From: Sphaerochaeta pleomorpha str. Grapes | Lineage (GTDB): Bacteria > Spirochaetota > Spirochaetia > Sphaerochaetales > Sphaerochaetaceae | Assembly (NCBI RefSeq): GCF_000236685.1 | Contig: NC_016633.1 | Coordinates: forward strand, 3,143,815-3,167,814 | DNA: 24,000 nucleotides | Reading direction: 5' to 3' | Shown: piece after piece, positions 8,499 to 15,494 of the stretch | How positions within the stretch are numbered: position 1 is the stretch's first letter | How the letters are laid out: every line of letters begins with the position of its first letter | Translations under genes and position numbers: made by a program | Notes under the pieces: generated by a model | Seen by the model: only the letters and a program-made list of their open reading frames with translations | The model's database searches: none | What the model was told of the DNA's origin: nothing

Positions 8499-11352
8499 AC
8501 GACTGCAATTCAAAATACTGTCAACTATCTCAATTCTGATAATTTCCCTATCGGTCATCGTCTTTTCCGTTGGGATATATATGTATTTCAATTTGGGAAA
8601 GCTTGGAACCGATTTGCCAGTCGAATCGGTCGATCAGGTAAGGAATATTGCAAATATCATGCCTCTTATTTCCGAGCTTTCACTGAATCTTGATGCAATT
8701 GTTGCTAAAAACAAGAAAATCGACTGGGGAAATCTTGGTTTCACGAACAGCAAAATAAAAGTCACTCTTGGCCTCATTAAGTTGGATTTCAACGGAAAAA
8801 CACCATACAATCTCTCAATTATATTGGATGAAATCAGTCTCTTAAGCGAGGACATTGACCGGATGATCTCAGAAAATACATCCTTGGGTACAACTGACGC
8901 GATTCTTGTCAAGAACAAGATTGAGTACATTTATTCAGAGCTACGGGATTATATTTTACGGATAAACAACGCTACGCTTACGGTACTTGAAAAGCAAAAG
9001 AATGAAATCGAAAAACTCAAGGATGCGATGCTCCTTTTCTCTCTCATTGCACTGGGCGGAGCGACACTTACGTTTATTCTGTTGATGAATCAGAAAAAGA
9101 CTCTGTATCAGCTTGAAAAAACGAGAGGAATCGCGATAGCGAACTCCAACGCCAAAAGTGAGTTCCTATCAAACATGAGCCATGAGATACGCACCCCCAT
9201 GAATGCGATAATCGGTCTGACCTATCTTGCACTTAAGACCAATCTTACACCTAGCCAAAGGGATTATCTGAAACGAATACAGATTTCCAGCCAGCATCTT
9301 CTGGGCATAATCAATGATATACTGGATTTTTCGAAAATTGAAGCCGGAAAAATGTCATTGGAAAGCATACCCTTCGAGCTGGAGAAAGTGTTGGACAATG
9401 TCGCTAACCTCACTGCCGAAAAAGCAAGCGCCAAGGGCCTTGAACTGATATTTGTCGTGGATTCTGATGTTCCAAATCATCTTATCGGTGATCCACTAAG
9501 ATTGGGACAAGTTCTTATCAACTATGCAAACAATGCGGTTAAGTTCACAGAGAAAGGGGAAATCAGCATTCATATACACGTCAAGAACGATACTGAGAGT
9601 GATGTATTGCTACATTTCGAGGTCAGGGACACGGGTGTCGGAATTTCCGAAGATTACAAACGCCAACTTTTTCACAGTTTTCAACAGGCTGACAATTCCG
9701 TAACCCGGAGGTACGGAGGAACGGGTCTTGGGTTGGCAATTTCTAAAAAACTGTCGCAAATGATGGGTGGCGAAGTTGGTGTCGAGAGTGTTTTTGGCCA
9801 GGGCTCGACATTCTGGTTTACTGCCTTGATCGGCAAAAGTAACGAGAAACAAAGAAGTTATGTGCCCGTTTCTGATCTTCGGGGGCTGCGGGTTCTGGTC
9901 GTAGACGACAATGAACATGCTCGGGCGGTCATAACGGATATGCTGGAGAATATGACGTTTCGCGTGACTCCGGTATCCTCCGGAGCCGCAGCCCTTGAGG
10001 AAATTGCGAAAGAGAAGCGTAAAGAAGAGTATTTTGACCTTGTGTTCCTTGACTGGCAAATGCCTGTGATGAACGGAATAGAAACTGCAAGGCGTATAAA
10101 GGAAATTGCCCTCGATCCAGCGCCGCATCTGGTTATCATCACCGCGTATGGGCGGGAGGAAGTCATACGTGAGGCAGAGGAAGAGGGAATCGAGAACGTG
10201 CTTATCAAACCGGTAGGGGCTTCACTCCTTTTTGACACAGCAATGCATTTACTCCGAAAACAGGGGAATGAAACAAGATCCGAGATAGGGCAAATGCCAC
10301 CTCTTGGCGAGGCTGGTTCGGGAATTGGCGGTGCAAGAGTCCTGCTTGTAGAAGACAATGAGGAAAATCAACTCGTAGCCATGGAGATACTCAGGGAAGC
10401 AGGGTGCGTGGTAAGCGTTGCTTCCAATGGCAAGGAAGCTATCGCGAAAGTACAGCAGGCTGCCGTTGACATCATTCTGATGGACGTGCAGATGCCAGTA
10501 ATGGATGGTTTGGCGGCAACCCGGGAGATTCGACGGCTTCCTTATTATGCAAACCTTCCAATAATAGCCATGACGGCCAATGCCATGAAAGAGGATAGGG
10601 ATCACTGCCTTGAAGCGGGCATGAATGATTACATTACAAAGCCTATTGATCCCAAGACGCTCTTTGCCGTAATTGGCAAATATTATACAGCCAGTATGAA
10701 TGTTATTTCCCCTTCATGTATCTCAAGTGAGTGTTCCTCATCGCTTATGGTGCCGAAGATTCATGGTCTTGACCTAGAGGCAAGCCTTAAGCGGGTTATG
10801 GGAAACAAGTATCTCTATCTGGACCTGCTTAAAAGATTTGTGGCAGGACAACAGGAAACTCCCCTCAAGATTCGTGCCGCACTTATGAACAAGGATCGGC
10901 ATCTTGCCGAGCGATTGGCTCATACGTTGAAAGGGGTTGCCGGAAATATCGATGCATCGGAGCTTCATACTGCTGCCGGGGAATTGGAACATGCGATCAA
11001 TGCCGGGGTGTCAGACGCAGAGATCGATGAAATGCAAAAGAAAATTGAATCCATTGTTGCTGAAACGATACAAGACATCAAGATTGGGATTGAGACAACA
11101 ATGCAGGGCGATACGGTTAGCCCGAAACAAACTACTGGAGGCCGGTCGCTTGCAGAAATTTTGGAGACGCTTACCTATTATGCAAATGAGAGTGACAGTG
11201 AGGCTCTGGACTATCTGGGATCTGTCCTTACGGATTTATACGCGGGGTGCGAGAGGGAACAGGTGGAGCTTCTTGTCATATCGCTCCGTAACTTCGATTT
11301 TGCATCTGCCCTTGGGATTTTGAAAATTCTTTCTGGGCATCAATCCAAATGA
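8467..11352 (+). CDS. Hybrid (unorthodox) sensor histidine kinase: TM - ~165-aa extracytoplasmic domain - TM - HisKA - HATPase - REC - REC - HPt - helical tail
   Basis: The ORF is open from a TTG at 8413. The first ATG is at 8467; GGAAGGGAGG (8471-8480) would also fit a TTG start at 8491. H-box [11 protein letters not shown] (His codon 9181-9183). N-box [10 protein letters not shown]1 DTGVGI, G2 GGTGLGL. REC1 ~9885-10235 (VVDDNEH, FLDWQMP, ITAYG, LIKP). REC2 ~10333-10665 ([24 protein letters not shown]). HPt motif [10 protein letters not shown] (His codon 10921-10923). Confidence 0.9.
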   Translation: MWKGGRAKLNERLQFKILSTISILIISLSVIVFSVGIYMYFNLGKLGTDLPVESVDQVRNIANIMPLISELSLNLDAIVAKNKKIDWGNLGFTNSKIKVTLGLIKLDFNGKTPYNLSIILDEISLLSEDIDRMISENTSLGTTDAILVKNKIEYIYSELRDYILRINNATLTVLEKQKNEIEKLKDAMLLFSLIALGGATLTFILLMNQKKTLYQLEKTRGIAIANSNAKSEFLSNMSHEIRTPMNAIIGLTYLALKTNLTPSQRDYLKRIQISSQHLLGIINDILDFSKIEAGKMSLESIPFELEKVLDNVANLTAEKASAKGLELIFVVDSDVPNHLIGDPLRLGQVLINYANNAVKFTEKGEISIHIHVKNDTESDVLLHFEVRDTGVGISEDYKRQLFHSFQQADNSVTRRYGGTGLGLAISKKLSQMMGGEVGVESVFGQGSTFWFTALIGKSNEKQRSYVPVSDLRGLRVLVVDDNEHARAVITDMLENMTFRVTPVSSGAAALEEIAKEKRKEEYFDLVFLDWQMPVMNGIETARRIKEIALDPAPHLVIITAYGREEVIREAEEEGIENVLIKPVGASLLFDTAMHLLRKQGNETRSEIGQMPPLGEAGSGIGGARVLLVEDNEENQLVAMEILREAGCVVSVASNGKEAIAKVQQAAVDIILMDVQMPVMDGLAATREIRRLPYYANLPIIAMTANAMKEDRDHCLEAGMNDYITKPIDPKTLFAVIGKYYTASMNVISPSCISSECSSSLMVPKIHGLDLEASLKRVMGNKYLYLDLLKRFVAGQQETPLKIRAALMNKDRHLAERLAHTLKGVAGNIDASELHTAAGELEHAINAGVSDAEIDEMQKKIESIVAETIQDIKIGIETTMQGDTVSPKQTTGGRSLAEILETLTYYANESDSEALDYLGSVLTDLYAGCEREQVELLVISLRNFDFASALGILKILSGHQSK

Positions 11353-11379
11353 AATTGCCAAAGGGCGAAAGGAGAGCAC

Positions 11380-12498
11380 ATGAAACTCAATAATGAAAAC
11401 AAAGTCACGATTCTCCTCGTTGACGACTCGCCCGATAGTATTGCCTTATTGAGCTCGTTGCTAAAAAATTTATATCGTGTAAAAGTAGCTATAACGGGAG
11501 AGAAAGCCCTTGAAGTGGCCACTGCTAAGGATGTGCCCGACTTGATTCTGCTCGATATCATGATGCCTGGCCTTGACGGTTATGAAACGTGTCGCTTGTT
11601 CAAGTCCAATCCTAGAACAGCGGAAATACCGATTATATTCTTGACCGCGAAGACGGGGGATGCCGACGAAGAAAAAGGTTTGGCACTTGGGGCTGAAGAT
11701 TATATTGTAAAGCCTCCCAATCCGGCAATTTTGAGAGCTCGGATAAAAACTCATCTCAAACTGAAAGAAGTGCGCGATTTTCTCAAGGATAAAAATGAAT
11801 ATCTTGAGGCGGAAATAACACGACGGACACAGGAAATCAAAGTAATTCAGGACATGACCATGATTGCGATGGGATCTCTGGCGGAAACGCGGGATAACGA
11901 AACAGGCAATCACCTCAGGTGTACGCAAACATACATCAGGATTTTGGCCGAACGATTACGCTGTCAGCCACGTTTCAAGGAACTTCTGACTGAAGATCTG
12001 ATTGATAGGCTATGCAAGTCAGCGCCGTTGCACGATATCGGAAAGATAGGAATTCCTGATTTTGTCCTGAAAAAACCAGGGAATCTGACCAATGACGAAT
12101 TCAATTTGATGAAGACACATACCACAATTGGCCGGGACGCAATTCTTTCCGCGGAGAAGTATCTGGATTCTTCTGCTTCTTCTTCCTTTCTTGCATTGGC
12201 CCGTGACATCGCCTGGTCTCATCATGAGAAGTGGGACGGTTCCGGGTACCCCCAAGGCCTTTGCGGGGAAATGATTCCTTTGGCAGGAAGGCTTATGGCC
12301 ATTGTTGACGTGTATGATGCCCTTATGAGCGAGAGGGTGTATAAACGGGCTTTTACGCATGAGGAAACGGTCGTCCTTATAAAGCAAGGATCAGGGACAG
12401 CTTTTGACCCTGATATCGTGCATGCTTTTCTGGAAATTTCCGACGAATTCATGAAAATCGCAGAGTTCTTCAAAGATGATGAAAGGAGTCAACTATGA
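11380..12498 (+). CDS. Response regulator with HD-GYP output domain (RpfG-type cyclic-di-GMP phosphodiesterase), paralog 1
   Basis: REC motifs are LLVDDSPD, LLDIMMPGLDG, FLTAK and IVKP. HD-GYP motifs are ETGNH, PLHDIGKIGIPD, MKTHTTIG, SHHEKWDGSGYP and VDVYDAL. AAAGGAGAG lies upstream of the ATG, 27 nt after the kinase stop. Confidence 0.9.
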   Translation: MKLNNENKVTILLVDDSPDSIALLSSLLKNLYRVKVAITGEKALEVATAKDVPDLILLDIMMPGLDGYETCRLFKSNPRTAEIPIIFLTAKTGDADEEKGLALGAEDYIVKPPNPAILRARIKTHLKLKEVRDFLKDKNEYLEAEITRRTQEIKVIQDMTMIAMGSLAETRDNETGNHLRCTQTYIRILAERLRCQPRFKELLTEDLIDRLCKSAPLHDIGKIGIPDFVLKKPGNLTNDEFNLMKTHTTIGRDAILSAEKYLDSSASSSFLALARDIAWSHHEKWDGSGYPQGLCGEMIPLAGRLMAIVDVYDALMSERVYKRAFTHEETVVLIKQGSGTAFDPDIVHAFLEISDEFMKIAEFFKDDERSQL

Positions 12499-13604
12499 AC
12501 GGAAATCGGGAGACTATACTGATTGTGGATGATATTCCCGATGATATCCTTGTACTTGACGAAATACTCAAGAAAGAATATCAGGTCAAGGCTGTTACAA
12601 ACGGTGCGGCGGCACTGAAGATAGCACAGGGGGAAAACCCTCCTGACTTGATTCTACTCGATATCATGATGCCTGTTATGGACGGTTATGAGACTCTTCG
12701 CCAACTTAACCAACATCAGAAAAGCGCAGGGATCCCAGTTATTTTCCTGACAGCAAAAACTGGGCCTTTCAACGAAAAACTGGGTCTTGACTTGGGTGCG
12801 GAAGATTATATATCCAAACCTCCAAGCCCGCCTATCGTACTTGCTCGGATACATACTCATCTTCGGCTCAAAAAGCTCAGGGATATAATCAGAAACAAGA
12901 ACGAATATCTTGAGATGGAGATTGTCCGGCGAACGCAAGAAATTGGAATGATACAGGATGTAATGATGATGGCCCTGGGATCACTTGCGGAAACCCGGGA
13001 TAATGAGACCGGTAACCATATTAGGCGTACTCAGAATTATATCCGTGTACTTGCGCAAAATCTGACCGATCGCCCACGTTTTTCCGGGCTCCTGACGGAT
13101 GAGACGATTGAGCTTTTCTATAAATCCGCTCCGCTTCATGACATCGGTAAAGTTGGAATACCGGACAGGATACTGAATAAACCATCAAAGCTCACCGATG
13201 AAGAATTTGCAGTGATGAAAACTCATACAACCATCGGACATAATGCCATACTCGCGGCCGAGCAGGCGCTTGGCTCGCAGAACACCTTTCTTTCGGTTGC
13301 GTGCGATATAGCTTGGTCACATCACGAAAAGTGGAACGGTTCAGGATATCCTCGCGGTTTGTCAGGCGATGAGATTCCCTTGGCAGGAAGACTTATGGCC
13401 ATTCCAGATGTATATGATGCGCTTATTAGTGAACGGGTATATAAAAGAGCTTTCAGCCACGAAGAAGCCGTAACGATAATTACCCAAGGAGTGGGTTCTC
13501 ATTTCGATCCTGATATTGCCCGCACTTTTTTGCGAATTGCCGACCGATTCCACGAGATAGCGATGGCTTTCAAGGACAGTGAGGGAGAGTTCCCCGAACG
13601 GTAA
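12495..13604 (+). CDS. Response regulator with HD-GYP output domain, paralog 2 (tandem duplicate of paralog 1)
   Basis: ATGA start/stop overlap with paralog 1, with AAGGAG upstream. REC motifs are IVDDIPD, LLDIMMPVMDG, FLTAK and ISKP. HD-GYP motifs are ETGNHIRR, PLHDIGKVGIPD, MKTHTTIG, SHHEKWNGSGYP and PDVYDAL. Confidence 0.9.
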   Translation: MNGNRETILIVDDIPDDILVLDEILKKEYQVKAVTNGAAALKIAQGENPPDLILLDIMMPVMDGYETLRQLNQHQKSAGIPVIFLTAKTGPFNEKLGLDLGAEDYISKPPSPPIVLARIHTHLRLKKLRDIIRNKNEYLEMEIVRRTQEIGMIQDVMMMALGSLAETRDNETGNHIRRTQNYIRVLAQNLTDRPRFSGLLTDETIELFYKSAPLHDIGKVGIPDRILNKPSKLTDEEFAVMKTHTTIGHNAILAAEQALGSQNTFLSVACDIAWSHHEKWNGSGYPRGLSGDEIPLAGRLMAIPDVYDALISERVYKRAFSHEEAVTIITQGVGSHFDPDIARTFLRIADRFHEIAMAFKDSEGEFPER

Positions 13605-13773
13605 AAATGAATCATACTGGTCGTCGAGTATGTATCCTATCATCATCTCATAGTATATATCGTGTTGACTGGAATCATTGGCTTGCTTAACATTCAGCAA
13701 TGAGGCGCATGCCTTATTGAGAACTGTTTTTTAACAAGGAGCTTGGATGTTCAGCACATTGGATTCGGTTCGT

Positions 13774-13822
13774 TATGCATAGCAAGGGCTATTGCATACT
13801 ACAATAATGCATAGGCAATAGC
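13774..13822. promoter_or_regulatory. Cluster of related half-sites and an inverted repeat upstream of the small HTH gene (candidate operator)
   Basis: TGCATA occurs three times (13776-13781, 13793-13798, 13808-13813). GCTATTGC (13788-13795) and GCAATAGC (13815-13822) are perfect reverse complements, and GCATAGC (13777-13783) is a one-base-shorter variant. The cluster lies 40-90 nt upstream of the ATG at 13862. Confidence 0.3.
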
Positions 13823-13861
13823 TCTTGTTCAATCCTGACACAAACGTAGGGGAGGAGCATA

Positions 13862-14134
13862 ATGGGCTACAAAAAAGCAAACGATGTATTACCACAACAC
13901 TTATTGAGTGCGGTTCAACAGTACATAGACGGCGAGTATATGTACATTCCACGTAAAGAGGACAGCAGGTTGCCGTGGGGTGCAAACACAGATACAAGGA
14001 ATATTGTAAAGGCCAGGAACAGGGAAATTCTGGACAAACGTCTGGCAGGTTGTTCTGTTGGCGACTTGGCTGAAGAATATTTCTTGTCAGAAAAAGCTAT
14101 ATACAAAATTATCAACGCCTGTAAAAATGGCTGA
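13862..14134 (+). CDS. Small HTH DNA-binding protein, Mor / CD3324-like family
   Basis: 90 aa with strong RBS AGGGGAGGAG. The pattern LP..LL..VQ.YIDGEYMYIPRK......WG......I..RN.EI......G.SV..LAEEYFLSEKAIYKII matches small Mor-type activators, which have a C-terminal HTH. A strong terminator follows. Confidence 0.6.
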   Translation: MGYKKANDVLPQHLLSAVQQYIDGEYMYIPRKEDSRLPWGANTDTRNIVKARNREILDKRLAGCSVGDLAEEYFLSEKAIYKIINACKNG

Positions 14135-14138
14135 AATC

Positions 14139-14179
14139 AAAGCGCCCCGACTTCGCTTGGGGCGCTTTTTCCTTTTTTA
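14139..14179 (+). terminator. Rho-independent terminator
   Basis: AAAGCGCCCC (14139-14148) pairs with GGGGCGCTTT (14159-14168) across a 10-nt loop. TTTTTCCTTTTTT follows. Confidence 0.8.
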
Positions 14180-14396
14180 TGGTGTATGAGAAATACAGTA
14201 TGGAATTTGAGCAAGGGCTGCAATAGGTAAAGCAGAAAATCGAAAGGGACTGGCAGAAGATGAGCCACTTGGCAAGAAACAGATACACTGACCGGTATAC
14301 CCAAATCATGAATGTTTTGAATCGCTTTGTTTTGTAGGTTCCTGCATGTGAAACGCGAACCATGGTACAGGGAACATGGTTGCAGAGGAGGGAGAA

Positions 14397-15494
14397 ATGA
14401 GGCTTGATGGATTTGGTTTGTTTGTACAGGATATGGCAGTGATGGTCCGCTTCTACCGGGATGTTCTGGGATTTGGTATCAAGGAAGATGAGAATACTCG
14501 TAATGTCTATCTGATCAAGGATGGGACGTTGTTTCTGCTCTATGGAAGAGATGACTTTGAGAAGATGTGTGAATGTCAAGGAAGTTTTTCACCGGGTATC
14601 CCGAAGCAAGATATTGACCTTATATTCGACGCTTTTCAACAATCAAAGGCCAACAATAAAAGCGGAGGGACTGGTCTCGGTTTAACAATCAGCAAGAAAC
14701 TGCTGGAAATCATGGGAGGCCAGATAAGCGTCGAGAGCATCGTCGGCAAAGGGAGTACCTTCAAATTCAGCATCCCTGTCACCCGCGTCGAATCGTATGG
14801 GAACAAGGAAAAGAATACGATACACGAGATAGTTGGCCTGGAACTTGGCACTCAAAAACTAAGAATCTTGGTGGTTGATGACAATCCAATCAATCGAGAG
14901 TTGCTTAAAATCATGTTGGAACCCATTGGATTTTCCCTACTGGAGGCCGCAGATGGAAAGGAAGCGATAGCATTGTGTAAGCGGATGCATCCCCACCTCA
15001 TCCTGATGGATCTTCGTATGCCAGTAATGGATGGCTATGAGGCAACTTCTTTCATCAATGCAATGAACGGCGATGCACATGTTCCTATCATCGCGGTGAC
15101 TGCCAGCGCTTTTGAAGATGATGAGGAAGCGGTTCTAAAAAGCGGGTTCGATGGATATGTCAGTAAACCGTTCAAGAGGGGATCGCTTTTGAAGGAAGTA
15201 GCTGAACTCCTGAATCTTCGGATTGTGTATGCAGAACAACCACAAAATCGTTGCCCGGAAGGTAAGCATTTTTCCGTATTGAAAGAGGATATGAGAAAGA
15301 TTCCAAGTGATCTTACCCGTGCTATGCACGAAGCCTTGGAACTAGGGGATATGGTTGGTTTCAAATCTTTGCTCCCAAACCTGGGACCATACGGAGCGAA
15401 TCTGAAGGATCATCTTATGGAGTTGGCAAAATCCTATGATTATGAATCATTGCTGGAACTATTACAGAGAGAGGAGGAGAATCATGAATACTAG
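14397..15494 (+). CDS. Chimeric ORF: VOC/glyoxalase N-terminal fragment fused to the C-terminal remnant of a hybrid histidine kinase (partial HATPase + REC + helical tail). It has no HisKA domain and no HPt motif.
   Basis: The ATG at 14397 follows GAGGAGGGAG (the tracked ORF starts at 14376). Residues 1-57, MRLDGFGLFVQDMAVMVRFYRDVLGFGIKEDENTRNVYLIKDGTLFLLYGRDDFEKM, look like the first half of a ~120-aa VOC-family protein. From about residue 66 the sequence reads PGIPKQDIDLIFDAFQQ...GGTGLGLTISKKLLEIMGG...GKGSTFKF, which is only the F/G2 part of an HATPase domain. An intact REC follows (VVDDNPINRE, LMDLRMPVMDG with Asp codon 15009-15011, VTASA, VSKPF). Confidence 0.7.
   Translation: MRLDGFGLFVQDMAVMVRFYRDVLGFGIKEDENTRNVYLIKDGTLFLLYGRDDFEKMCECQGSFSPGIPKQDIDLIFDAFQQSKANNKSGGTGLGLTISKKLLEIMGGQISVESIVGKGSTFKFSIPVTRVESYGNKEKNTIHEIVGLELGTQKLRILVVDDNPINRELLKIMLEPIGFSLLEAADGKEAIALCKRMHPHLILMDLRMPVMDGYEATSFINAMNGDAHVPIIAVTASAFEDDEEAVLKSGFDGYVSKPFKRGSLLKEVAELLNLRIVYAEQPQNRCPEGKHFSVLKEDMRKIPSDLTRAMHEALELGDMVGFKSLLPNLGPYGANLKDHLMELAKSYDYESLLELLQREEENHEY

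Noticed and set aside
9610-10605. Minus-strand ORFs of 172, 166 and 118 aa inside the hybrid kinase
   Set aside because: They are antisense to the HATPase/REC coding sequence. Their low-complexity S/R/P-rich translations are typical of shadow frames.
11470-11928. Minus-strand ORFs inside each REC-HD-GYP gene (11470..11928, 12654..12938, 15562..15921 and others)
   Set aside because: They recur only because the sense genes are paralogs, so the antisense frame of the receiver region stays open each time. There are no motifs and no independent start signals.
13607-13690. 27-codon plus-strand ORF immediately after paralog 2 (MNHTGRRVCILSSSHSIYRVDWNHWLA)
   Set aside because: It is too short, has no RBS and has no recognisable features. 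It is probably non-coding spacer.
14112-14579. 155-aa minus-strand ORF across the terminator and the start of the chimeric ORF
   Set aside because: It runs antisense through a strong hairpin terminator and the VOC-like coding start. Its translation is featureless.
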